From: Candidatus Parcubacteria bacterium
GTDB taxonomy: Bacteria > Patescibacteriota > Minisyncoccia > Minisyncoccales > JAGMDC01
Direction: 5' to 3'
Length of the DNA stretch: 64,000 bases
NCBI GenBank assembly: GCA_023131895.1
Contig: JAGLYZ010000002.1
Location: 240,474 to 304,473 of the forward strand
Every line of letters begins with the position of its first letter. Position 1 is the stretch's first letter. The notes beneath the pieces were generated by a model. That model was not told where the DNA came from, ran no database searches, and saw only the letters and a program-made list of their open reading frames with translations. The position numbers were made by a program, and so were the translations under genes. Shown piece by piece: positions 35,462 to 43,962 of the stretch.

Positions 35462-35743
35462 CTATAATAATTTTCTTCTTTTGCGATAGTCGTCTTTTCC
35501 TTTTTCTATAAAAATATCTACAATTTCTATTCGTTTCTCTTTTGAGAAAAGAGCAAACAAAATACGCCACCGGCCGATGCGGAGGCGATAACCAAACTCA
35601 GTATCTTGAATTTTTCTAACTTGTGGATGTTCAAAAATATCTACTGAAAGTTTTTTGAATTCGTTATAAAATTTCTGTTTTAAATTATTCGGCAATCTAT
35701 TGAATTCTCTTTCTGCCCGTTTTGTTAATTGAACTTCAAACAT
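35462..35743 (-). CDS. RelE/ParE-family type II toxin
   Basis: 93 aa with the RelE-like pattern GYRLRIGRWRILF. Its ATG overlaps the upstream antitoxin stop (ATGA). Confidence 0.8.
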   Translation of the reverse strand: MFEVQLTKRAEREFNRLPNNLKQKFYNEFKKLSVDIFEHPQVRKIQDTEFGYRLRIGRWRILFALFSKEKRIEIVDIFIEKGKDDYRKRRKLL

Positions 35744-35955
35744 TATGATTTTAAGCTATATTTTCTTTTCAATTCTTTTAAGCTAATCATTTTTTCTCCA
35801 CGACTTTCTTTAAAGGCCTTATTAAACCTGATCATATCCTCAAAATCCTCAAGCATTTCTTCTATCTCTTCCCACTTTTTCAAAGGCAAAATCACCATTG
35901 GTTCTTTGCCAATTTTTATAGTGTTTTTTTCTTTTATTATTGTTGTAGTCATCAT
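35743..35955 (-). CDS. Type II antitoxin (putative)
   Basis: About 70 aa acidic protein directly upstream of and overlapping the RelE-like gene. The start is taken at MMTTT; the track start at 35988 is probably an extension. Confidence 0.6.
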   Translation of the reverse strand: MMTTTIIKEKNTIKIGKEPMVILPLKKWEEIEEMLEDFEDMIRFNKAFKESRGEKMISLKELKRKYSLKS

Positions 35956-36042
35956 TTTTATTATAATACACGAAGTGTAATATATCAAGACTTGTCTTGC
36001 TATATCTTTTTCAAATGAAAAGTCAAATAAAACAAATTAAAT

Positions 36043-37110
36043 TTACTCATTTTGTGATATTACTTCCTCTTCCTCTTCCTCTTCCTCTTCCTCTTTTCGC
36101 TTTTCTAAAAAGTCCTTGAAAAAATCCATTAAGATTGCGGCTAATGGCACAGCCAAAATGGCTCCTAACGGTCCCCAAAATTTTCCGCCAATGAAAAGGG
36201 CTATTATAACCAAGAGAGGTGAAACTTTGATAACTTTTTTTGAAAGAACTGGCAAAAGAATACTATTCTCAATAAGCTGAATAAGGCCGAAAGCTATTAA
36301 AACAAAAATCGCTTTTGCGATATTATCCATAGAAATTATAAAGAAGGCGATAATAGCGGCAAAAAATGGTCCAATTATAGGAACAAAATCAAAAATACCG
36401 GCAATTAAAGCTAAAGAAACAGCATACTCTACATTAAGAAAATAGAAAGCAATATATGAACTTATTCCGACAAAGGCAACTCCGATAATGCGCATTAAAA
36501 ACCAGCCAGTAATTTTTTTCTGTGATTTTATCCAGGCATTAAGCAAATAATCCTCATATTTTTTGGGGAAGAAAAGAGTTAATCCTTTTTCTATATTCTT
36601 CCTTTCTAAAGAAAGAAAAATAGCAATAGTAATAATAAAAACAGCGCTAAAAATACCGCCAAAGAACACAAAAATAGCGCTAAAAACATTTCCACCCAAT
36701 TGTTCTAAATTTCCTTGAATTTTACTTAAAAATGTTTCCAAATCTTTAAATGATTCAAGGCCTATCTTTTCAAAAAAAGGAGATATTTTTCCAAAGTATT
36801 CTGGAAATACCTGTGGAAAATATTCTGAAAAATATTGAACTTCAGCAATAAAATAAGGAGCTGAAAGATAAATACAAATGCTTAAAATGCCAAAAATTGA
36901 AAGATAAATAAAAGTAATTGCTAAAAAACGAGGGACTCTTCTTCTGCCAAACCATTTAATGGCTGGCTCAAAAAGCATTGCAATAACAAAAGCAAAAGCA
37001 AACAAAACTAAAAATTCGCTAATTGAATATAAAAAATAAAAAATTATACCAGCTACAGCAATTTTTAAAATTGTTGCCCAGCTAATATCTAATATTTTCT
37101 CATTAGTCAT
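36043..37110 (-). CDS. AI-2E family transporter (PerM/UPF0118)
   Basis: 355 aa with about 8 TM segments and the UPF0118 layout. Has a C-terminal run of 10 Glu. Confidence 0.75.
   Translation of the reverse strand: MTNEKILDISWATILKIAVAGIIFYFLYSISEFLVLFAFAFVIAMLFEPAIKWFGRRRVPRFLAITFIYLSIFGILSICIYLSAPYFIAEVQYFSEYFPQVFPEYFGKISPFFEKIGLESFKDLETFLSKIQGNLEQLGGNVFSAIFVFFGGIFSAVFIITIAIFLSLERKNIEKGLTLFFPKKYEDYLLNAWIKSQKKITGWFLMRIIGVAFVGISSYIAFYFLNVEYAVSLALIAGIFDFVPIIGPFFAAIIAFFIISMDNIAKAIFVLIAFGLIQLIENSILLPVLSKKVIKVSPLLVIIALFIGGKFWGPLGAILAVPLAAILMDFFKDFLEKRKEEEEEEEEEEVISQNE
36063..36094. repeat. Hexanucleotide tandem repeat (CTTCCT)x5
   Basis: A perfect microsatellite encoding the poly-Glu tail of the AI-2E protein. 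Confidence 0.9.
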
Positions 37111-37165
37111 AAAAAATATCTTTAGCTACTTTTAGAATATCATTTTTTATAATATAATCAACTAT

Positions 37166-38479
37166 TTATTGAACCGATTCAAAACTTACATTTGTTTCTA
37201 TTAAAAAACCAGGAAATTTTTCTGTAGCAAAATTTATTAGCTGAAAATCTTTTTGATTCATATCCTCAAAAAGATTGCCTACAATTATTGCTCTTGTCCT
37301 GCCAACGATTTTGCCATTTTTAACATATAGCACTTGCGGGGAGGGCAAGGAATAATCACCGCTCACCGGACTTTGGGTATGCAGACCCAAGACATTAAAA
37401 ACCATAATTCCTTCGTCAATTATATTAAAACATTTCTCAAAAGAGATTTCTTTTCCAGATTTTAGTAAAGGTATTGCTTGGCTGCTAAAAATGGCTGTTG
37501 GCTTACTTTTCTGTAATTTAGCATATTTTAAGTCCAAAATCGGGGTTTCTAATTTGCCGTTTTTTATAAAATCAGTTGGCTGGCTGTTCACACCTTCCCC
37601 GGTAAATTTGTAAGAACCAACATCAAAATCAATAGTAGGGTCATATTTCAAACTTAAATCTCTTCTTAAAATTTGCTTCTTATTTTTGAAATTATTTATA
37701 GAAAAGCAACTTTGTTTGTTATAAACCGAAGAACCGTCCAAATTACTAATAATAAAATGATAAAATATATCTTTGGAAACCCAAGGCGCCAAGAGACATA
37801 GCATTTTTTTATCTTTTGGTTTAACTTTGCGACTCTTTGTCAACTCAAAATAAAATTGCTCAATAAATCTTCTTTTTTCGTCAATTTTATTTTTTTTAGG
37901 AACTTTTCTTAAGCTATCTTCAAGAACGATTGTATCTTCATAGGTAGAGGCATAACCGCATAAGGTTGACTTTTCTGATTCAAACAAGCCATTAGAAGTA
38001 AAAACCACATTTTCTATATTTATAGCATAAGCAGAAATTTCCTTTACTTTTGTCTTTATTCTATCCTGCCATTTTTTTAACTTTAATACCAAATCTAGTA
38101 GTATCTTTTCTTTACCTTCAATAATGTCATCTACATTTTTATCGTATAATTTGACATTAGGATATTTTTGAGGAGGAAGAAAATTCGCCATAGCCGGGTC
38201 TTTATAGCTTAAAAATTTTAGCTCCCGCAAAAATTTTTCAAAACGATATAAGGTTTCATCATCTAAATTAGCCGAACTGATTAGGCCATTTTGCCATTGA
38301 ACAAGACAATCACCTGAAATTTCTGAAGAAAGAGTGATGGGATTATACACGCCGGCTATTTCCTCGTTAGTGACACCTATCTGACAACCCTTTGTTTTTG
38401 AAATAAAAACCCGATAATTTGAAATTATTTTTTTATTCTTAGCGTCTTCAAATTTTTTATAAAATTTTTGAGCAAACAT
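37166..38479 (-). CDS. TldD/PmbA-family protein (PmbA/TldE-like, divergent)
   Basis: 437 aa with a C-terminal family pattern (LGLHTQSPVSGDYSL...NGKIVG) and no HExxxH motif. Paired with tldD. Confidence 0.65.
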   Translation of the reverse strand: MFAQKFYKKFEDAKNKKIISNYRVFISKTKGCQIGVTNEEIAGVYNPITLSSEISGDCLVQWQNGLISSANLDDETLYRFEKFLRELKFLSYKDPAMANFLPPQKYPNVKLYDKNVDDIIEGKEKILLDLVLKLKKWQDRIKTKVKEISAYAINIENVVFTSNGLFESEKSTLCGYASTYEDTIVLEDSLRKVPKKNKIDEKRRFIEQFYFELTKSRKVKPKDKKMLCLLAPWVSKDIFYHFIISNLDGSSVYNKQSCFSINNFKNKKQILRRDLSLKYDPTIDFDVGSYKFTGEGVNSQPTDFIKNGKLETPILDLKYAKLQKSKPTAIFSSQAIPLLKSGKEISFEKCFNIIDEGIMVFNVLGLHTQSPVSGDYSLPSPQVLYVKNGKIVGRTRAIIVGNLFEDMNQKDFQLINFATEKFPGFLIETNVSFESVQ

Positions 38480-38485
38480 AAAAAA

Positions 38486-39988
38486 CTAATTGCCTCCGAT
38501 TTTGACTTTTTTGTTGGCAGCAATAAAAATAAATTGATTGGCAATTTCAGAAACAGGAGCCCACTGTCCTGTCTTACCGCAAGTACCCGGAAAACCGTAA
38601 GTTTTTTTACCTAAAGCAAATTTTATTGAGCGAAGAGCATCTAAAGTTGTTCCGCTAAACGAAGCAGGTTTAAATAATTTAACCGAGTTTTCAGTAAATT
38701 CGTAAAGTGCATTCATACCAAGCATAAATGCTCCTTTTAGGGTATTAACTTGTCCTCCTCTGGTTCCTTGAAGAAAAAGAATTTTTCTTCCTTTTTTCAA
38801 AATATCAGATTTAACTAAAAAATTTTTGAGCTCTTGTATAGAAATGTCGGACAATTCTTTAGAAAATATTTTATCATCAATAACTTTTTCTACTTCTAAA
38901 ATCGTGTTGCTCATTCGGGGTATAGGAATAGAACTATAAAATTCTGCTTTTGAACCACCTGTTAAAAGCGCTCCAATTTTTTCTGCTGTATAGACATCAG
39001 ATATCGCTTCTTTCAAAATTCCTTTATCTACAATAGTTATTTTTTTTCTTTTTACGCCTTGAGAATCATAGGGATAAAAACCTCGTTCATTTTCTTGAGC
39101 ATAATCGTAAATAGAAACCACAGAGTTAGCTACTTTTTTACCTTTTAATAATTTTCTATTTTTGCTTAGAATAGAACCTGCATAAAGTATATCGGATTCA
39201 GCAGCATGCCCAAATGCCTCGTGAATTAGGGTACCAGCTAATCGTGTATCTAAGAGTAAATCGTAACTTCCAGATTTATACACAGAAGCTTTAATTAATT
39301 TGGGCATCACTATAGATAATTTTTTGATTTCTTTTATCAGCTTTTGCCGACTTTCTCTACCTAACAGTATTTCATAACTTTTACCGCCTATACTTGCACC
39401 TCTCTGGATGGTTTCTCCCTTTTCCTTATAGGTTAAGATACTACCCAAAACACTGCGAGGAATTTGAAAACTTACATCTGTTCCGTCAGACCTGGTTATT
39501 CTCCATATTTCTTCAGCTATATTAAATGAACTGTTAGCTTTTACTAGAAGGAACTCTTTTGCTTCTTTGTTTATATCAATTAGTATTTTTTTAATTTCTT
39601 CTAATTTAATTTTCTCAAAAGAATATTTTGTCTTAGGAACTATAATATCTCTTGTCGGTTTTAGTTTGAAAATTTCTTTATTTGTAGCAAATTTTAATTT
39701 TTCTGCCTTTTTCGCTGAAGAAATAATTTGTTTTAAAAGTTTAATAACCTCATTTTTATTGCGAATATCGTCTATTGACCCAAAGGCATTATGACCACTC
39801 TTGGTAAAAACACGCATACCTATGCCTAATAAACAATCTTTTCTCGCCTGTTCTAATTTATTATCTATCACATTCACAGATTTTGTTTTTTGTTCTTGAA
39901 TGCGCGCAATTAAATAACAATCGCTTTTTAAAGCGATTTGATGAAGATTTTTTAATAAAGAAGAATATTCAGATAAAAGTTCTTTCAT
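38486..39988 (-). CDS. tldD: TldD-family metalloprotease
   Basis: 500 aa with the HEAFGHAAE zinc motif and a C-terminal TldD/PmbA domain. Confidence 0.8.
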   Translation of the reverse strand: MKELLSEYSSLLKNLHQIALKSDCYLIARIQEQKTKSVNVIDNKLEQARKDCLLGIGMRVFTKSGHNAFGSIDDIRNKNEVIKLLKQIISSAKKAEKLKFATNKEIFKLKPTRDIIVPKTKYSFEKIKLEEIKKILIDINKEAKEFLLVKANSSFNIAEEIWRITRSDGTDVSFQIPRSVLGSILTYKEKGETIQRGASIGGKSYEILLGRESRQKLIKEIKKLSIVMPKLIKASVYKSGSYDLLLDTRLAGTLIHEAFGHAAESDILYAGSILSKNRKLLKGKKVANSVVSIYDYAQENERGFYPYDSQGVKRKKITIVDKGILKEAISDVYTAEKIGALLTGGSKAEFYSSIPIPRMSNTILEVEKVIDDKIFSKELSDISIQELKNFLVKSDILKKGRKILFLQGTRGGQVNTLKGAFMLGMNALYEFTENSVKLFKPASFSGTTLDALRSIKFALGKKTYGFPGTCGKTGQWAPVSEIANQFIFIAANKKVKIGGN

Positions 39989-40006
39989 AAAAATAGTTTG
40001 TCGGTA

Positions 40007-41380
40007 TCAAATAGCGACAGCAAATTTCTTATTTATTACCTCAACAATTTGATTAATCTTTACTCTTTCCTGCTTCATTGTGTCGCGGTCGCGGAGAGTA
40101 ACTGCGTTATCCTCCAAGGTCTCAAAGTCCACTGTAACTGCAAAAGGAACACCAATCTCATCAACTCTTCGGTACCGGCGACCTATAGAACCAACCTCAT
40201 CGTATTGGCAGGTAAAATTGGTTTTTAACAATTTATAAACTTCTTTAGCTTTTTTTACCAGCTTCTGCTTGTTTTTTACTAAAGGCAAAACTGCTGCTTT
40301 AATTGGAGCTAACCGCTTATCTAATTTCAAAACTGATTCAACTTCTTTTACTGCCTTGGTTGTTTCTGTTCTTCCGCCTTTTACTTCTGTATAAGCATCG
40401 CAAAGAAAAGCTAATAAAATCCGCTCTACTCCTACTGATGTTTCAATAATATGAGGAATGTATTTTTTGCCATTCGCTTCGTCAAAATAAGATAAATCTT
40501 CCTTACTGTGTTTCGCGTGATTGGATAAATCAAAATCACCTCTATTATGAACCCCTTCAATTTCCTTCCAGCCCGCTTCGCCGCCCGGCGAGCCGAATGG
40601 AAAATGATATTCAATATCTATTTGTCGTTTAGCATAATGAGCTCGTTCTTTTTTAGGAATTTCTACGGCTCTCAAGTTCTCTTTTTTTATCCCTAAATTT
40701 AAATACCATTTTAAGCGCTTTTCTTTCCAATAATTAAACCAATCATCTGCCTTAGATGATTCAGAGAACCACTGCATTTCCATTTGTTCAAATTCACGAA
40801 GACGAAAAATATAATTGCCAGGCGTAATTTCATTTCTGAATGCCTTGCCGATCTGGGCAATACCAAAAGGAATTTTCATTCTCATTGAATTTAAAACATT
40901 TAAAAAATTAACATAAATCCCCTGACAGGTCTCCGGCCTTAAATAAGTTTTAGCTGCTTCATTCTCAACAGGCCCTACAAATGTCTTCATCATTAGGTTA
41001 AATTTCTTTGGTTTAGTTAATTCTCCCCTGCATTCCGGACATTTTTCCCGCATACTGCGGGATTTTGTTTCTATTTCATCTAACTTAAATCGCTTATGGC
41101 ATTTTTTACATTCAACTAATTCATCAGCAAAACCAGCAGCTAAATGACCAGATGCCTGCCAAACTTTTGGCGACATTAGAATACCAGCATCTAATCCCGT
41201 AATATTATCATGGAGTTTTGTCATTTCATCCCACCAGAGATTTTTAATATTTCTTTTGAGTCCTACTCCCAAAGGTCCGAAATCATAACAGCTTGAAAAA
41301 CCGCCATAGATTTCAGAACTGGGAAAGACAAATCCCCGCCTTTTGCAAAGAGAAATAATTTTATTTATTAAATTATCCAT
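40007..41380 (-). CDS. glyQS: Glycine--tRNA ligase (dimeric GlyQS type)
   Basis: Conserved start MDNLINKIISLCKRRGFVFPSSEIYGG at 41380. The track extension to 41533 runs through a structured intergenic repeat. Confidence 0.92.
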   Translation of the reverse strand: MDNLINKIISLCKRRGFVFPSSEIYGGFSSCYDFGPLGVGLKRNIKNLWWDEMTKLHDNITGLDAGILMSPKVWQASGHLAAGFADELVECKKCHKRFKLDEIETKSRSMREKCPECRGELTKPKKFNLMMKTFVGPVENEAAKTYLRPETCQGIYVNFLNVLNSMRMKIPFGIAQIGKAFRNEITPGNYIFRLREFEQMEMQWFSESSKADDWFNYWKEKRLKWYLNLGIKKENLRAVEIPKKERAHYAKRQIDIEYHFPFGSPGGEAGWKEIEGVHNRGDFDLSNHAKHSKEDLSYFDEANGKKYIPHIIETSVGVERILLAFLCDAYTEVKGGRTETTKAVKEVESVLKLDKRLAPIKAAVLPLVKNKQKLVKKAKEVYKLLKTNFTCQYDEVGSIGRRYRRVDEIGVPFAVTVDFETLEDNAVTLRDRDTMKQERVKINQIVEVINKKFAVAI

Positions 41381-41394
41381 ATTTATATAGTATT

Positions 41395-41498
41395 TTTGCG
41401 AAGAAAACCTATTTTTAAAATAGGATGGTGAGGATTTCTTGCTTTCCGAGACCCCGCCTTGGCGGGGAGGAAAGAAAGAAATTCGAGCGATCCTATTG
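41395..41498. repeat. Structured intergenic element upstream of glyQS
   Basis: Closing stem ataggat/atcctat, inner ccccgcc-tt-ggcgggg, and on the minus strand a second hairpin cctatttt-a-aaaatagg followed by TTTTCTT. Shares a scaffold with 33826-33962. Confidence 0.7.
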
Positions 41499-43187
41499 AA
41501 CAATGCCTTGTTCGTCAGTAATGGTTTCATCATCAGGCAGGGTTGTATCTATGTTTTCATCATTGCTCTCTAATAATTCTTCTGTCCAAGTATCTTCAGC
41601 AAAAATCAAAACTTCCTTAATAATTTCTGGTGTTTGTCCTGTTTGATGAATACTTGGCGTAAAAGCAATCTGGAAAGCCAAACTCATACTAACAGCAGAA
41701 ACATCAGAATCTAAAATACCTATTTCTGCTCCTAAATTTTCTATATTCCAAACAATTTCTCTAGAATCAGAGTCAAAAGAAAATTTTTCTTTTTGTTGTT
41801 CTGGAAAAATCTTACTAGTAAGGCTTACTTCTTTTGGCAAAACTGCTTTAACTCTTACATTTTTGATATCATTGTAATAATTCTTAATTTGCCAGATTAT
41901 AGTATAAGTGATAGTTTTACCAACTTCTGGAGGAATTGGTCCGGAATTCCCAAAGACCTCGTCTTGGAAATATCCTTTTTGTTCAACAACTAACTTTGAA
42001 TTCACTTTAGTTATAAATTCTTCCCGAGCTTGTTGAGCTAAATAAATTTTATTTTTTATTGTCAAATTTTTATCTCCTGAATTGTCCATTTGCCAGTCAT
42101 CTTTCAAATTTATCCAGAACTCAACCCTGCCCTCTTCTTGAGAATCTAAAAACTGGAGCTTTGAAACTTTTTTCCAGTCAAAAATAATTGAATTGTCTCC
42201 AGGCCCAAAATTACCATCAAATGTTTTAATGCTATTAAGATCAAACAGCTTTCCTTCCAGCTTTGTTACTAAAGAAAGATTAGTTAGCGCCTTTTCCCCG
42301 ATATTCCTAAAAAAAATCTCATAATGCAGCAAATCCCCTGCATTAGCAACATATTGCGGATTGCTATTAATCTGTTGTGAGATATAAAGCGATGGTTCAA
42401 TAATTTCAACGCCTTTGGACGCTTGTTTTAACAACACAAATTCCCCTTCTTGCCAAACACCAAATTCAGCTTGAAAAATTTTCTTTTCTCCAACATTGCC
42501 GGAAAGCTTGCCTGTAATCTCAATCCTGCCTCCCTCTGATTTATCTAAAAGATTGATTGACCAATCTGTATTTTCTAAAGCAGAAGGAGAAGACTTTATG
42601 AACTCAAAACCAAAAGGATATTCAACTTTTATGCCTAAATCAGAAAGAGGATAGTCAATATAAGAAAAATAATTCAAATGAAATTTAATTTCTTTGCCTT
42701 CCTGGATTCTTGAAGGAAAATCAAACTCAAAAGTCAAAGGGACCTTTTCAATAATAGAAGTAAAAGTGGTTTTTGATTCATATCGTGATTCTAAATTCTT
42801 GGGCCTGTAGGTCAGAACTGCCTTTGCCTGTTTTTTCTCGCCCTCTTTTCCTAAAAGCCGGGCTTTAAAACTGAATGTTTTCTCTTGACCAGGATAAATT
42901 GCCTCGCCTAATTTTTCAATCTCTATCTCGTCCCTCAAATGACCATCATCAGTTATTGAGTTTTCAGGGTATTCAAAAATAAGCTTTGGCTCTTCAACTC
43001 TTGTATTACCATTATTTTTATATTTAACAAGATACTCAATCTCTTCACCTGCTTCTACTTTTTCAGAACCCAATATTTCAAGCTTTATAATTTCTTTTGA
43101 ATAAATATTTTTCTGATAATACCAAAAACCAGTTACTCCTATAAGAACACTCAAAAATATTAAAAATAATATCAATTTGTTTCTCAT
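41493..43187 (-). CDS. N-terminally anchored hypothetical protein with repeated beta-sandwich-like modules
   Basis: 564 aa with a single N-terminal TM segment and recurring module pattern (..G..i.Y.i.y.N.G). No recognisable catalytic motif. Confidence 0.4.
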   Translation of the reverse strand: MRNKLILFLIFLSVLIGVTGFWYYQKNIYSKEIIKLEILGSEKVEAGEEIEYLVKYKNNGNTRVEEPKLIFEYPENSITDDGHLRDEIEIEKLGEAIYPGQEKTFSFKARLLGKEGEKKQAKAVLTYRPKNLESRYESKTTFTSIIEKVPLTFEFDFPSRIQEGKEIKFHLNYFSYIDYPLSDLGIKVEYPFGFEFIKSSPSALENTDWSINLLDKSEGGRIEITGKLSGNVGEKKIFQAEFGVWQEGEFVLLKQASKGVEIIEPSLYISQQINSNPQYVANAGDLLHYEIFFRNIGEKALTNLSLVTKLEGKLFDLNSIKTFDGNFGPGDNSIIFDWKKVSKLQFLDSQEEGRVEFWINLKDDWQMDNSGDKNLTIKNKIYLAQQAREEFITKVNSKLVVEQKGYFQDEVFGNSGPIPPEVGKTITYTIIWQIKNYYNDIKNVRVKAVLPKEVSLTSKIFPEQQKEKFSFDSDSREIVWNIENLGAEIGILDSDVSAVSMSLAFQIAFTPSIHQTGQTPEIIKEVLIFAEDTWTEELLESNDENIDTTLPDDETITDEQGIVQ

Positions 43188-43207
43188 CTTTTTATCTTAA
43201 CAGTTTT

Positions 43208-43960
43208 TCAGAAATTTTCCAAAACAAAAGAAAGATAATCTTCAGAAATTGTTTCTAATAACTCTTTATTTTTTTCTTCAACTTTTAACTTTGATAGAAC
43301 AGACCAATCTTTTTGCAGAAAAAGCCGTAAAATTTTTATAACATCTGGCTTTATCTCTATTAATTTAGTCAAAGAATCCTCTTTTTTAATTTCCTGAGCG
43401 CAAACATTACAAACAATTCCCCCTTGCTCTGGACTGAAGTATAATTGAAATGGTTTTAATTCTTTTCCACAAGATGAACATTTATAAAACTCTGGCTGAT
43501 ATCCTAAAGCAGAAAGAAGATTCCAAAGAAAATAGTAGTATATAATTTCTAATTTCCAATTTCCAATTTTCATTGAATTTTCAATTTTCAATTTCTCAAA
43601 AACTTCTTTCAGTAATTCCCAAATTTTCTCGTCTTTTTCTTCATCTTTAACTAATTTATCCAAGACATCGCTAATTTGAAAAGCAGTTTTTAATTTTTCT
43701 AAATCTTTTCTTATATCTGGAAAGCTATTAATCAAAATAGTATCAGTCAAGGTTTTATAAGTTTTTCCTTGAATAAATTCAATTTCTGAAAGATAAAAAA
43801 GCCCTGCTCCGCCCCTTAGCTTTGATTTAATTTTTCTAATTGCTTTTCCTAAAATCTTTAACTTTCCAAAATCCTTTGTATAAACTACAAATAATTTATC
43901 TGATTCTCCTTGAGCAATCTCTGTTATAAAAAAACTTTTTGTCCTATAATGAACAGCCAT
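43208..43960 (-). CDS. recO: DNA repair protein RecO
   Basis: 250 aa with an OB-like N-terminus and a CxxC...CxxC zinc finger (CSSCGK...CNVC). Contains an AATTTYC low-complexity insertion at 43547-43595. Confidence 0.75.
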   Translation of the reverse strand: MAVHYRTKSFFITEIAQGESDKLFVVYTKDFGKLKILGKAIRKIKSKLRGGAGLFYLSEIEFIQGKTYKTLTDTILINSFPDIRKDLEKLKTAFQISDVLDKLVKDEEKDEKIWELLKEVFEKLKIENSMKIGNWKLEIIYYYFLWNLLSALGYQPEFYKCSSCGKELKPFQLYFSPEQGGIVCNVCAQEIKKEDSLTKLIEIKPDVIKILRLFLQKDWSVLSKLKVEEKNKELLETISEDYLSFVLENF

Positions 43961-43962
43961 AA

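Noticed and set aside
41381-41492. T-box riboswitch upstream of glyQS
   Set aside because: No T-box sequence (..GGTGGTACCGCG-like) and no specifier-loop architecture is present, and the leader is too short (about 110 nt). It was classed as a structured repeat with a possible attenuator.
41381-41533. N-terminal extension of glyQS (track start at 41533); similar extensions occur for smpB (49326-49466), the MFS-like gene (52968-53084), trx (8042-8062) and the antitoxin (35956-35988)
   Set aside because: The conserved protein N-termini begin at internal Met codons. The extensions run through intergenic repeats or leaders and encode non-homologous, repeat-derived peptides.
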